Below are positions 1 to 9,768 of a stretch of DNA of 64,000 bases, piece after piece. Made by a program: the position numbers and the translations under genes. Under the pieces are notes generated by a model, which saw only the letters and a list, made by a program, of their open reading frames with translations, had not been told where the DNA came from and searched no databases. This DNA is from Thermoplasmatota archaeon (GTDB lineage Archaea; Thermoplasmatota; E2; JACPAO01; JAHFTW01). The number at the start of each line of letters is the position of its first letter. Positions within the stretch are counted from its first letter, which is position 1. The stretch is from assembly GCA_035526765.1 (NCBI GenBank), contig DATLBS010000009.1, positions 7,570 to 71,569 on the forward strand, written 5' to 3'.

Positions 1-372
1 CGCAACGAGGCGACGGAGCGCGAGAGGCTAGCGGTCCTTTCGGGGACGACGCACCAGGTGTGGACGGGCCTTGCGCTCGTGTGGGGCGGCAAGGCGGTCG
101 ACGCGGCGCACGCGGTCACGGCGGTGCGGCTGGACAAGATGCCCAAGGACGTCGTGGAGGCCTACGTGGCATCCCGGCTGTGGGAAGGCAAGGCGGGCGG
201 GTACGGCATCCAGGACCTCATGCTGCAGCCCTACGTCCGCATCATGGCGGGGCCGTGGAGCAACGTCGTCGGGTTGCCCCTGGGTGTGGCGCATGCCCTC
301 CTGTCGCGCAACCGTGTGCCATGCAAGGCACCCCCTGCCGAGGCGTGGCTCGTGGACCATAACCCCTTTTAG
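1..372 (+). CDS. maf: Maf family nucleoside triphosphate pyrophosphatase, 5'-truncated by window edge
   Basis: Frame open from base 1: LAVLSGTTHQVWTG...YVASRLWEGKAGGYGIQ...GPWSNVVGLP, the Maf C-terminal motifs. Confidence 0.9.
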   Translation, partial: RNEATERERLAVLSGTTHQVWTGLALVWGGKAVDAAHAVTAVRLDKMPKDVVEAYVASRLWEGKAGGYGIQDLMLQPYVRIMAGPWSNVVGLPLGVAHALLSRNRVPCKAPPAEAWLVDHNPF

Positions 373-396
373 CGCGCGGGCGGGTCGACGTGCGAC

Positions 397-1905
397 ATGC
401 GCTCCCTCGGGATGCTGGCGGCCGTGGCGCTCCTCGTCCTCGCCGGATGCTTCCAGTCCCCGGCCCCCCGCACCGACTACGCGCGCGTGCAGACGGAGCT
501 GGAGACCGCGGCCTCCCCCGCCCTCCGCCTGGACCACGACGACCCCGCGGGCCACTCCAAGGCAGCCCTGCACAAGGGGGCCTACAACCTGGAGCTTGTC
601 GGCTACTCCAACGGCGTCGACGACTCCGGCGACCCGGACCACATCCCCGCGACGGCGTTCTGGAACGAGCTGCTGGTGACGCAGACCCACACGTACCTCG
701 CGGCCGAGTCCCGCAGCGGCGCGTACGGCGGCTTCAGCATCCTCGACACCACCGACAAGGCGCATCCCCGCGTGCTCTCGCACTTCGACGCGCAGAACGC
801 CTTCGACATCGAGGTCAGCGGCGACGAGACCCTTGCCTTCATGGCGTCCCAGCGCAACAGCGTCGAGCAGGTGGCCGCCGGCATCCAGGCCAACCAGGAC
901 CCCCAGTCCGACCTGCCCCGCGGAATCTACATCGTCGACATCGCCGACAAGCGCGCCCCCCGCCTGGACTCCTTCGTCCCCCTGCCCGTCAACGGCCCCC
1001 ACACGCTCACCTACTACCGCCACCCCAACGGCAGCGAGTACCTCCTGGTCTGCACGTACGACCTCATGACGGACCCCGGCACCGGCGCCATCACGGGGGC
1101 GGTGCCCGCGACGCAGCGCATGGTCGTGTACCTCGTGAGCCCGAACCCCCTCTACGGGCAGGTCCCCGGAATCCAGACCGGGCCCCGCGTCGGCCTCACC
1201 CCCGTGGCGCAGTACCAGATCCTGGACCCCGGCTACCCGGGCCTCGTGTTCCCGCACGACTCGCGCGTCGCCGTCGACCCCGCCGACCCCGCCAAGGTGT
1301 ACATCACGCTGGCCTACTGGGACAAGGGGCTGCGCATCCTCGACTTCAGCGACCCGCCCGCCCCGCCCGCGCCCGGAGGGATCCCTGACCCGGCCCGGAC
1401 GCCGATGCTGCGCGAGGTCGGCGCCTTCACGGACTTCTCGCCCAGCGCCTACAACAACATCCACCTCGCACGCCGCCTCCTCGTGGCCGGCACCCCCGTC
1501 ACCATCACGGAGCCCGAGATCATCGACGCAAGCGACGAGACCGGCCAGATCACCTTCCTCGACACCACGGACGTGTCCCGCCCCAGCCGCATCTCCAACT
1601 GGACCCTGCCGGCCCAGGACCCTCCGCTGGGCGTCCGCGACCTCGACTTCAGCCCGCACAACTTCGACGTCTGGGACGGCAAGGTCGCCCTCGCGCACTA
1701 CCACGCCGGCCTTTGGGTCATCGACGTGCACGACCGCGAGAACCTCGAGTCCCCCAAGTCGGTGGCGTTCTACATGCCTTCCATGCCGCGCGCCGACTCT
1801 CCCGTCCTGCAGCCGGACGTGTGGGGCGTGCAGCAGCAGGGCGGCTACCTCTTCGTGAGCGACGAGGCGACGGGACTCCACATCCTGCGCTACACGGGAC
1901 CCTAG
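397..1905 (+). CDS. LVIVD-repeat beta-propeller lipoprotein
   Basis: Lipobox LVLAGC; repeated GIYIVDIAD / GLRILDFSD / GLWVIDVHD blades; C-terminal DVWGV...YLFVSDEATGLHIL. Confidence 0.8.
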   Translation: MRSLGMLAAVALLVLAGCFQSPAPRTDYARVQTELETAASPALRLDHDDPAGHSKAALHKGAYNLELVGYSNGVDDSGDPDHIPATAFWNELLVTQTHTYLAAESRSGAYGGFSILDTTDKAHPRVLSHFDAQNAFDIEVSGDETLAFMASQRNSVEQVAAGIQANQDPQSDLPRGIYIVDIADKRAPRLDSFVPLPVNGPHTLTYYRHPNGSEYLLVCTYDLMTDPGTGAITGAVPATQRMVVYLVSPNPLYGQVPGIQTGPRVGLTPVAQYQILDPGYPGLVFPHDSRVAVDPADPAKVYITLAYWDKGLRILDFSDPPAPPAPGGIPDPARTPMLREVGAFTDFSPSAYNNIHLARRLLVAGTPVTITEPEIIDASDETGQITFLDTTDVSRPSRISNWTLPAQDPPLGVRDLDFSPHNFDVWDGKVALAHYHAGLWVIDVHDRENLESPKSVAFYMPSMPRADSPVLQPDVWGVQQQGGYLFVSDEATGLHILRYTGP

Positions 1906-1923
1906 CTGGCTGCCGGCCGACTT

Positions 1924-2006
1924 CACGCGGGGCTCGCGGAACCCGCGGAACCAACCCTGAGCTGCGGGAGGCTGGGAGGTTTCCCGCGCGTTCCGCGGTC
2001 GCCGCG
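1924..2006. repeat. Intergenic inverted repeat with 9-nt-periodic arms (CGCGGAACC x2 ... GTTCCGCGG)
   Basis: CGCGGAACCCGCGGAACC at 1935-1952 and an imperfect complementary arm at about 1980-2006; same architecture as 48748-48806 and 57839-57907. Confidence 0.55.
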
Positions 2007-2067
2007 TCCCGTGTGGGAGGCCTGCCATGGGCACAGAGGCTTTCACACCCCCTTCCTTGCCATCGGC

Positions 2068-3951
2068 ATGGCCATCCGGACCGTCACCGTCGTGGGCGCA
2101 GGCAACATGGGCTCCGGCATCGCGCAGAGCTTCGCCTCCGCAGGGTTCCAGGTCACCCTCAACGACGTCACGGCCGAGGCCATCCAGAAGGGTCTCGACC
2201 GCATCCGCAAGCCCCTCGAGAAGCGCGTGGCGGAGCAGAAGATGCCGCAGGGCGACCTCGACGCCCTCCTCTCGCGCCTCCACCCGCAACCCGACCTCGC
2301 CGCCGCCGTCGCCAAGGCCGACCTGGTCGTCGAGGCCGTCTTCGAGGACCTGAAGGTCAAGCAGGACCTCTTCAGCAGGCTGGACAAGCACGCCCCCGCC
2401 ACCTGCATCCTGGCCACGAACACGTCGAGCTTCACGGTGGCGGACCTTGCCGGCGTCACCAAGCGCCCCGGCCGAGTCCTGGGGCTGCATTTCTTCTTCC
2501 CCGCGGCCATCAACAAGCTGGTCGAGGTCGTGAAGGGGCCCGGCACGGGGGCCGCCGCCTTCGCCGAGGCGTTCGCTGCCGTGAAGCGCAGCGGCAAGGT
2601 CCCCATCGAGACCGCGGACGCCCCCGGCTTCGCGGTCAACCGCTTCTTCGTCCCCTGGGTCAACGAGGCCTGCCGCATCCTCGAGGAGGGCCTGGCCGAC
2701 ATCCCCACCATCGAGGCGGCGGCCAAGCAGGCCTTCGGCATCTCGATGGGTCCCTTCGAGCTGATGAACGTCACCGGCGTCCCCATCAGCCTCCACGCCC
2801 AGACGACGCTGCACGGCCGCCTCGGGGCCTTCTACGGGCCCAGCAAGGCGCTCAAGGCCCAGGTCGAAAGGAAGGCGGACTGGGACCTTGCGGGCCAGCC
2901 CGACCCCAAGAAGCAGGACGCCGTCGCGGGCCGCCTGCGCGGCGTCGCCTTCGGCATCGCGTGCCACCTCGTCGAGGACGGCGTGGCCACCATCCGCGAC
3001 ACCGACCGCGGCGCCACCATCGGCCTGCGTTGGGCCCACGGACCCTACGCCATGATGAACGCCTTGGGCACCCAGGAGGCAGCCGCTGAGGTCAAGGCCC
3101 TCTCCGACAAGTGGGGCAAGGCGTTCCCCATGCCCAAGAGCCTGGAGACGCAAGGCAAGACCGGGGCACCCTGGCGCCTGCCCGCCGTCGTGCACGAGGC
3201 CATCGAGCCCAACATCAGCCTCGTCACCTTCGACCGCCCCGAGGCGCTCAACGCCCTCTCGCCCGCAGTGCTCGCCGACCTCGCGCACTGCCTCGGCGAG
3301 GTGGAGCAGCGCAAGCCCCGCGCCCTCATCCTGACCGGCGAGGGCAAGGCGTTCATCGCCGGTGCCGACATCCAGGCGATGCGCGCCATGGACATGGCTG
3401 CCGCCACCGCGTACACGAGGCAGGGCAACCAGGTCATCGACCGCCTCGCCGCCCTCCCGTGCCCCGTCCTGGTCGCGATCAACGGGTTCGCCTTCGGCGG
3501 CGGCCTCGAGCTGGCCCTCGCCGGCGACCTCCTCTACGCCAGCGCCAAGGCGCAGCTGGGCCTGCCCGAGGTCGGCCTGGGCATCCACCCCGGCTTCGGC
3601 GGCACGCAGCGCCTGCCCCGCCGCATCGGCCTGGGGGCGGCCAAGGACCTCGTCCTTACCGGCCGCACGCTCTCCGCGCAGGAGGCGCAGGCCCTCGGCC
3701 TCGTCAACGCCGTCGTGCCGGCGGACCAGCTCATGGACCACTGCCTCGCCGTGGCGCGCACCATCGCGCAGAAGGCGCCCCTCGCCGTCGCTGGCGCCAA
3801 GCGCTCCCTCGACCATGGCCTCGGGGCGGACCTGCCGCGCGGCCTTGCCATCGAGCAGGACTCCGTCGTGCTGCTCTTCGCGACCCAGGACAAGAAGGAG
3901 GGGCTGGACGCGTTCGTGGAGCGCCGCACCCCCAACTTCACGGGCCGCTAG
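2068..3951 (+). CDS. 3-hydroxyacyl-CoA dehydrogenase / enoyl-CoA hydratase fusion
   Basis: VVGAGNMGSGIA Rossmann motif, TNTSS, HFFFPA..LVEVV, GFAVNR; C-terminal crotonase AFIAGADI, FGGGLELAL, GIHPGFGGTQRL. Confidence 0.93.
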   Translation: MAIRTVTVVGAGNMGSGIAQSFASAGFQVTLNDVTAEAIQKGLDRIRKPLEKRVAEQKMPQGDLDALLSRLHPQPDLAAAVAKADLVVEAVFEDLKVKQDLFSRLDKHAPATCILATNTSSFTVADLAGVTKRPGRVLGLHFFFPAAINKLVEVVKGPGTGAAAFAEAFAAVKRSGKVPIETADAPGFAVNRFFVPWVNEACRILEEGLADIPTIEAAAKQAFGISMGPFELMNVTGVPISLHAQTTLHGRLGAFYGPSKALKAQVERKADWDLAGQPDPKKQDAVAGRLRGVAFGIACHLVEDGVATIRDTDRGATIGLRWAHGPYAMMNALGTQEAAAEVKALSDKWGKAFPMPKSLETQGKTGAPWRLPAVVHEAIEPNISLVTFDRPEALNALSPAVLADLAHCLGEVEQRKPRALILTGEGKAFIAGADIQAMRAMDMAAATAYTRQGNQVIDRLAALPCPVLVAINGFAFGGGLELALAGDLLYASAKAQLGLPEVGLGIHPGFGGTQRLPRRIGLGAAKDLVLTGRTLSAQEAQALGLVNAVVPADQLMDHCLAVARTIAQKAPLAVAGAKRSLDHGLGADLPRGLAIEQDSVVLLFATQDKKEGLDAFVERRTPNFTGR

Positions 3952-3953
3952 GC

Positions 3954-4493
3954 ATGTCCGGGGGCCTGGCCGTCCACCCCGTCACGGCGGCGCGCTGGCA
4001 TGACATGGAGGCGCTCTTCGAGGCCAAGGGATCGCCCCACTACTGTTGGTGCGTGCCATACCGCTTCGCCGACGCGCACACGTTCGACAAGGCTCAGCGG
4101 AAGGAGGCGATGCAGGGGCTCATCCAGGCGGGAACGCCCGTAGGGGTGCTGGCGTACCAGGGCGGCGAGCCTGTGGGTTGGTGCTCCGTGGCGCCGCGGC
4201 CGACCTATGCCAAGCTGGAGCGGTCCCGCACCATGCCCCTGGCCGAGATGGATGCGGCATCGACGTGGGCGGTGCTGTGCTTCTTCGTGGCGCGACCGGG
4301 GCGAGGCGGGGGCGTGGCGCTGCGGCTCCTTGAGGGCGGAGTCGCGTACGCGAAGGCCAACGGCGCCTTGGCGGTGGAAGGATATCCCTGGGACACGATG
4401 GGCATCTCCTCGACGCACCGGGGCCACTCGTCCTGGTTCCACGCGGCAGGGTTCAGGAAGGAGGAGAAGCGCTGGGTGAAGCGGTTCCATTAG
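3954..4493 (+). CDS. GNAT family N-acetyltransferase
   Basis: ATG at 3954; VGWCSVAPR, WAVLCFFVARPGRGGGVALRLL acetyl-CoA motif, VEGYP. Confidence 0.8.
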   Translation: MSGGLAVHPVTAARWHDMEALFEAKGSPHYCWCVPYRFADAHTFDKAQRKEAMQGLIQAGTPVGVLAYQGGEPVGWCSVAPRPTYAKLERSRTMPLAEMDAASTWAVLCFFVARPGRGGGVALRLLEGGVAYAKANGALAVEGYPWDTMGISSTHRGHSSWFHAAGFRKEEKRWVKRFH

Positions 4494-4580
4494 CTTCGCG
4501 CCCCATGCGGCGATGGCGAGCGCGAAGCCGCAGCGTGGTCGACGCCATGGGCTTTTTTGTGCACCGCCCGCTTGCTGCGC

Positions 4581-5015
4581 ATGGATCGCCAGGGCCGCCT
4601 CGCCATCGCCGGGCTTGCGGTCTTCCTTTTCCTGACCGGGTGCCTGCAGTCCGGTGGCGACGCGCGTGAGCGGCTGGGCTCGGGACCCTGCGCAGGGTCC
4701 TACCGCGCCGGGCCGCACACCCTGGTGGTCCATGGCGGCTTCAACAAGGAGCAGGGGAAGGCGCCGCCCAGCCTTACGACGGTCCGAGCCGACCTCAGCA
4801 CGTGGGACGACGCGCGCACTCCGCTCGGCAGCGGCCAGCTGGATGCCCGGGGCTGCCTCGTCCTGCGACTCCCAGGCCCGGGGACCTTCTGGATCGACAC
4901 CCGGTCCACGGACGCCGCCAGTGAGCCTTGCTCGTGGTCCGGCGGGGGCAAGGTCGTCTACGAGGGCGGGGGGACGGCCACCTTCGAGGACATCGTCTCC
5001 CTCGTCTGCGCCTGA
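4581..5015 (+). CDS. Hypothetical lipoprotein
   Basis: Lipobox FLTGC after hydrophobic stretch; small beta-rich domain with Cys residues. Confidence 0.6.
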   Translation: MDRQGRLAIAGLAVFLFLTGCLQSGGDARERLGSGPCAGSYRAGPHTLVVHGGFNKEQGKAPPSLTTVRADLSTWDDARTPLGSGQLDARGCLVLRLPGPGTFWIDTRSTDAASEPCSWSGGGKVVYEGGGTATFEDIVSLVCA

Positions 5016-5114
5016 AATCCGCCGTCGCGGAGGCGGGCTGCGCGCGGCTTCTGCTGCTGGCGGCGGCCACGGGCACGCCGTACCCTTTATGCCCCGGGGT
5101 GGGGTCCTCTGGGC

Positions 5115-6266
5115 GTGTCCGAGCGCGGCGCCGTCCTGGGTCAGGTGAACCAGCCGGAACCCGAGGTCCCGCTGCTGAGCATCCTCGGGGACGGCGATGG
5201 CGTGGACGGCGTCGAGGCCCCCAGGCTGGCCCCCGAGATGCTGAAGAGGGCGTTCCGCACGATGCTGCTGGTGCGCACCCTCGACGTGAAGCTCACCAAC
5301 ATGCAGCGGCAGGGCCGCATCGGCTTCTACGGCGCCTGCACGGGGCAGGAGGCGACCCCCATCGGCACCGCCATGGCGCTCCGCCCGGAGGATTGGGTGT
5401 TCCCTGCCCTGCGCGAAGGGTCCGCGGCCCTCTACCGCGGGTTCCGGCTCAGCCACTACGTGGCGCAGTGCCTCGGCAACGACCATGACCTGCAGAAGGG
5501 CCGCCAGATGCCCTGCCACTACATGGACCGCAGCATCAACCATGTCTCGTGGAGTAGCGTCATCGCCACCCAGCTCCCCCACGCGGCCGGCGCCGCCTAC
5601 GCCATGAAGCTGAAGGGGCACGACACCATCGCGGTCGGCTTCCTCGGGGACGGCGCGACCAGCGAGAACGACTTCCACAGCGCCCTCAACTTCGCGGCCG
5701 TCACGAAGAGCCCCGTCGTCTTCGTCTGCCAGAACAACCAGTTCGCCATCTCCGTCCAGCACGACAAGCAGACCGCGACGAAGACCTACGCCGAGAAGGC
5801 GGCCGCCTATGGGATGCCGGGCGTGCGCGTCGACGGCAACGACATCCTGGCCGTCCACCAGGCCGTCACCCAGGCTGCCGAGCGGGCGCGCAGGGGCGAA
5901 GGCCCCTCCCTGATCGAGGCCCTCACCTACCGCCTCACCCCGCACTCCAGCAGCGACGACCCGACGAGGTACCGCGACGAGGCCACCTACCAGAAGTGGC
6001 TCAAGCGCGACCCCGTGGAGATCTTCCGCCGCCACCTCAAGGCCCGCAAGCTGTGGAGCCAGAAGTGGGAATCCGACCTGCAGACGGCCCTCGATCTCGA
6101 GGTGGAGGTCGCCATCAAGGAGGCGGAGGTCGCCGCCCTGCCGGGGCCCGAGTCGATGTTCTACGACGTGTACGAAGGGGTCCCCGACCTCCTCAAGGAC
6201 CAGGCACGGGAACTCCTGCACGCGATCGAGAACAAGCAGTACGAGTGGCCGCCGAAGGCCCACTGA
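5115..6266 (+). CDS. pdhA: 2-oxoacid (pyruvate or branched-chain) dehydrogenase E1 alpha subunit
   Basis: MQRQGRIGFY, GQEA, TPP motif GDGATSENDF...NNQFAIS, HSSSDDPTRYR; substrate specificity not resolvable by eye. Confidence 0.9.
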   Translation: MSERGAVLGQVNQPEPEVPLLSILGDGDGVDGVEAPRLAPEMLKRAFRTMLLVRTLDVKLTNMQRQGRIGFYGACTGQEATPIGTAMALRPEDWVFPALREGSAALYRGFRLSHYVAQCLGNDHDLQKGRQMPCHYMDRSINHVSWSSVIATQLPHAAGAAYAMKLKGHDTIAVGFLGDGATSENDFHSALNFAAVTKSPVVFVCQNNQFAISVQHDKQTATKTYAEKAAAYGMPGVRVDGNDILAVHQAVTQAAERARRGEGPSLIEALTYRLTPHSSSDDPTRYRDEATYQKWLKRDPVEIFRRHLKARKLWSQKWESDLQTALDLEVEVAIKEAEVAALPGPESMFYDVYEGVPDLLKDQARELLHAIENKQYEWPPKAH

Positions 6267-7976
6267 ATGTCCAGGCCGGCCAACCCGCTGCGCCTCACGT
6301 GGGCCGCCGACGCGTTCCGCCTCGCCCGGGCCCCCAGCGAAGCCCTCCTGCGTTCCCTGCGCGACCGCGAGCTGCCGTCCCCGGTATGGGACCTGGACCT
6401 GCGCACGTGGGCGTACGGCGACGACGAGGAATCCCTCCTGGCCGTCCGCTTCCTGGTTGAGACGAAGGCCATCGAGCCGGACGAGGAGGCCGCCGCCCGC
6501 CTGGGGGACCTGGGGCTGCTGCATGGGCCCGGCGAGGACTCCCGCATCGTCCACCTCGAATCCCTGCTGCGCCCCTACCAGCGCGAGGGAGTCGGCTACG
6601 CCCTGGCGAAGCGCCGCATCCTGCTTGCCGACTCGATGGGGCTCGGGAAGTCGCTGCAGGCCCTCGTCGCGGTGGAGAAGGCGGGGGCGTACCCGTGCGT
6701 CGTCGTGTGCCCGAGCGCCGTGAAGCTGGGCTGGCAGCGCGAAGTGGTGAAGTGGGTGCCCTGGCGCAGCGCGCAGGTCGTCATGGCGGGCCGCGACAAG
6801 CTGCATCGCTGCAACGTGACCGTGCTGAACCCCGAGCTCCTGCCGGCGCACCTGGAGGACCTCAAGGCGATGCGGCCGCAGTCGCTGCTCCTGGACGAGG
6901 CGCACTTCTTCAAGAACCCGGACTCGCAGCGCAGCCGCAACGCGCTGGAGCTGTCACGCGGCGTCCCCCTCCGGCTGGCCCTGACGGGGACGCCCATCAA
7001 GAACCGGCGCGAGGACCTGGTGCACCAGCTGCGCATCCTCGACCAGCTGGAGAACGTGCTGGCCATCTACAGGGGTCTGCTGCCGCACTGGTACAAGCCC
7101 TCGATGGGTCCCCTTGCGGAGCGGCACGCCGTCCAGGTGCTGCAGGGACTGGACGCGCGGACCCTGAACGCCCGCCTGCGCGAGGTCTGCATGGTGCGCC
7201 GCACGAAGGAGGAGGTGGCCCCCGACCTTCCCGCCCTCACCCGCACCCGCGTCGAGGTCGTGCCAGGACACCTCAAGGCGTACCACGTGAAGGAGCGCGC
7301 CATGCTGGACTGGGTCCGGAAGTGGCATGACAAGTACGGCGCGCAGGCGCAGGCCATGGAGCCCGCGATGACGCTGCAGTTCCGTTCCCACCTGACGGGC
7401 CTGCGGCGGGAGGCGGCGCTGGCGAAGGTGCCGTTCGCCAAGGAGTGGGTGCAGCCCCTCGTGGAGTCGGGGGAACGCGTCGTCTTCTTCGCCTACCACA
7501 AGGACGTCGTGGCGCGCCTGGCCGAGCAGCTGCCCGGACGCGTGGCCACCATCACGGGGGACACACCGCCCCTCGCACGTCGCGGCATCCTCGATGCCCT
7601 CGACCATTACGACTTCCTCGTCGCCACCATGGACTCCACGGGGTACGGCGTCGACGGCATCCAGTTGCATGCCAGCCACGTCGCCTTCTTGGAGCTGGAC
7701 TGGACGCCCACCAAGCATGAGCAATGCGAGGGCCGCCTGCACCGCATCGGCCAGGAGGACCCCGTGAACTCCTGGTACTTCGTGGCGACGAACACGATCG
7801 ACCGCACCATGATGGAGGTCCTGGAGGGCAAGTGGTCCGACATCCAGGGCGTCATGGAGGGGAAAGGCTCCGACGACTCCGCCTTCCTGGGACGGCTCCT
7901 GCGCTCCCTCGTGGAGGCGCGGGCCTGGGAGAACATGTCAGGCCCCGGCAAGGCCCTAGACGACGAGACCGGATGA
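6267..7976 (+). CDS. SNF2-family (SMARCAL1-like) helicase/ATPase
   Basis: LRPYQREG, LADSMGLGKS (motif I), LLDEAH (II), LTGTPIKN (III), ELDWTP...QCEGRLHRIGQ (VI). Confidence 0.9.
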   Translation: MSRPANPLRLTWAADAFRLARAPSEALLRSLRDRELPSPVWDLDLRTWAYGDDEESLLAVRFLVETKAIEPDEEAAARLGDLGLLHGPGEDSRIVHLESLLRPYQREGVGYALAKRRILLADSMGLGKSLQALVAVEKAGAYPCVVVCPSAVKLGWQREVVKWVPWRSAQVVMAGRDKLHRCNVTVLNPELLPAHLEDLKAMRPQSLLLDEAHFFKNPDSQRSRNALELSRGVPLRLALTGTPIKNRREDLVHQLRILDQLENVLAIYRGLLPHWYKPSMGPLAERHAVQVLQGLDARTLNARLREVCMVRRTKEEVAPDLPALTRTRVEVVPGHLKAYHVKERAMLDWVRKWHDKYGAQAQAMEPAMTLQFRSHLTGLRREAALAKVPFAKEWVQPLVESGERVVFFAYHKDVVARLAEQLPGRVATITGDTPPLARRGILDALDHYDFLVATMDSTGYGVDGIQLHASHVAFLELDWTPTKHEQCEGRLHRIGQEDPVNSWYFVATNTIDRTMMEVLEGKWSDIQGVMEGKGSDDSAFLGRLLRSLVEARAWENMSGPGKALDDETG

Positions 7977-7982
7977 CCGGGC

Positions 7983-8279
7983 ATGGCCGTCCCGTGGCTT
8001 CTGATCACCATCGTGCTGGGCTTCGCGTACGGTGCCCTCAAGCCTGGCAGGCAACCGAAGGCGAGACTGTTCTGGCAGGGCATCCTCATCGGGCTCCTGC
8101 TGTCCGCCGTCCTCGTGGTCCTGGACATCTTCCTGCACGTGCCCATCATCCTCAAGCTGGCCGGCATCGCCCTCATCGTGGGCATCATGGTGACCGCGTT
8201 CGTGTTCTCGCTCTTCTTCGTGATCGGCGTGTTCCTGGGCGACCTCGTCACGGGCTCCCTGCGCCGGGCCACGACATGA
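7983..8279 (+). CDS. Small membrane protein (about 3 TM)
   Basis: 98 aa, almost wholly hydrophobic with a GRQPK loop; co-oriented with neighbours. Confidence 0.7.
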   Translation: MAVPWLLITIVLGFAYGALKPGRQPKARLFWQGILIGLLLSAVLVVLDIFLHVPIILKLAGIALIVGIMVTAFVFSLFFVIGVFLGDLVTGSLRRATT

Positions 8280-8301
8280 TGGGGCCCCCTGCCCAGAGCG
8301 G

Positions 8302-9672
8302 TTGAATAGGCCGCGGCCACTCTCCCCCCGTGGCGCCGGCCCAGGACCCGCAGCGACCGTCCCCGCCACACCAAGCGAGCCCGCCATCAGGCTCGCGATC
8401 CAGACCGTCGTCGGGCAGACCCTGCGGGCCGTCACGGCATGGTTGGGGCCGCTGCTGCTGGCCTTCGCGCCCCTCGATTACTTCTTCAGCCCCGCCCCGG
8501 CAGGCCACACGCTGGCCGCCCTCGACGTCGCCCTGGGCCTGTTCTTCGCGCTGGTGTTCGTCCTGGTCCGTTCGGGTCGCATCCCGCCGCAGGCCACGCA
8601 TGCCGGCATGGGCATCGTGGTGCTGGCGGTCCTCCCCTATCTTGTGGCCAACCTGCTGGTCACGCACGATCCCGTGCAGAGCGCCGGCTGGGCCCTCTGG
8701 CAGATCTGCCTCAGCCTGGTCATGCTCTCCTGGCCCTGGATGCTGGGCCTGCTGCTGGTCTCGAACGCGTTGTGGATCGGGACCGTGCTGGCCCTCCCGC
8801 CCGACCCCGCCTTCCAGCAATACGGCTTCGTCCTGGCCACCGCCACCACCATTTCGGTCGTTGCGCACGGCGTCCGGCTGCGGACCATCCGCCGCCTTGA
8901 AGGGCTGCGCCTGGCCGAGCAGGCGCGCCGCGAAGAACTCGAACGCGTGCAGGTCACGGCCCGCGAGGTGGAGACGGTGCGCCAGGTCAACGAGGCAAAG
9001 ACCCGCTTCATCAACACCGCCGCGCACGAGCTCTCCACGCCCATGACCCCCATCGTGCTGCAACTGGCCATGCTACGCAAGGAACCCAAAGGGAACCTCA
9101 CCCCCCGGCAGGCCCGCTCCCTCGACATCCTCGAACGCAACGTGGGTCGCCTGAACTCGCTCCTCCACGACGTCCTCGACAGCGCCCGCCTGCAGTCCGA
9201 CCGCTTCTCCCTCGTCCCGGCCGCCATCGACCTGGGCGCCCTGATGCGGCAGGCGGTCGCGGACCACGAGGACACGGGGCGGGCGGCCGGCATCCGGCTG
9301 ACCGTGGAGGCCCTCGACACGATCGTCCAGGGGGACCGCCTCCGCCTGGAGCAGGTGCTCGACAACCTCTTGGGCAATGCCATCAAGTTCACGCCGACGG
9401 GGGGGATCGTGCGTTTGGCGGCGCGGCGGGAGGGCCCCATGGTCCGCGTCGAGGTGACCGACAACGGCCTCGGCTTGCCGCCGGGAGAGGCCCTGCGGTT
9501 GTTCCGTCCCTTCGCGCAGGTGCGCGACCCAAGGGCCGCCAACGTCCCCGGCACAGGGCTTGGGCTCTTCATCACGAAGGGCATCGTGGAGCACCACGGC
9601 GGCGAGGTCGGCTGCAGCAGCCCTGGCCCCGGCTTCGGGTCCACGTTCTGGTTCACGCTGCCTGCAGCTTGA
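8302..9672 (+). CDS. Membrane sensor histidine kinase
   Basis: Multiple N-terminal TM helices; H-box FINTAAHELSTPMT, N-box QVLDNLLGNAIKFT, G1 DNGLGL, G2 GTGLGL; start (TTG) uncertain. Confidence 0.9.
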   Translation: MNRPRPLSPRGAGPGPAATVPATPSEPAIRLAIQTVVGQTLRAVTAWLGPLLLAFAPLDYFFSPAPAGHTLAALDVALGLFFALVFVLVRSGRIPPQATHAGMGIVVLAVLPYLVANLLVTHDPVQSAGWALWQICLSLVMLSWPWMLGLLLVSNALWIGTVLALPPDPAFQQYGFVLATATTISVVAHGVRLRTIRRLEGLRLAEQARREELERVQVTAREVETVRQVNEAKTRFINTAAHELSTPMTPIVLQLAMLRKEPKGNLTPRQARSLDILERNVGRLNSLLHDVLDSARLQSDRFSLVPAAIDLGALMRQAVADHEDTGRAAGIRLTVEALDTIVQGDRLRLEQVLDNLLGNAIKFTPTGGIVRLAARREGPMVRVEVTDNGLGLPPGEALRLFRPFAQVRDPRAANVPGTGLGLFITKGIVEHHGGEVGCSSPGPGFGSTFWFTLPAA

Positions 9673-9768
9673 GGGGCACTGACCCTCACGCTGAAGCCGC
9701 GGATCGCCCGGGGAAGGTCACGGAGTCTTCCGCGACGATGCGGGCAGTCCGCGGGCAGCCCGCTTAGG

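Noticed and set aside
28-3816. Very long antisense or alternate-frame ORFs (e.g. 28-3816, 3948-6905, 20452-23964, 29985-32828, 53858-56764)
   Set aside because: They are shadows of well-supported genes on the opposite strand; high GC3 suppresses stops and the translations have no family motifs
9673-9768. Weak CCGCGG-rich inverted repeat between the kinase and dehydrogenase genes
   Set aside because: It may be a decayed member of the repeat family, but it is too degenerate to assign
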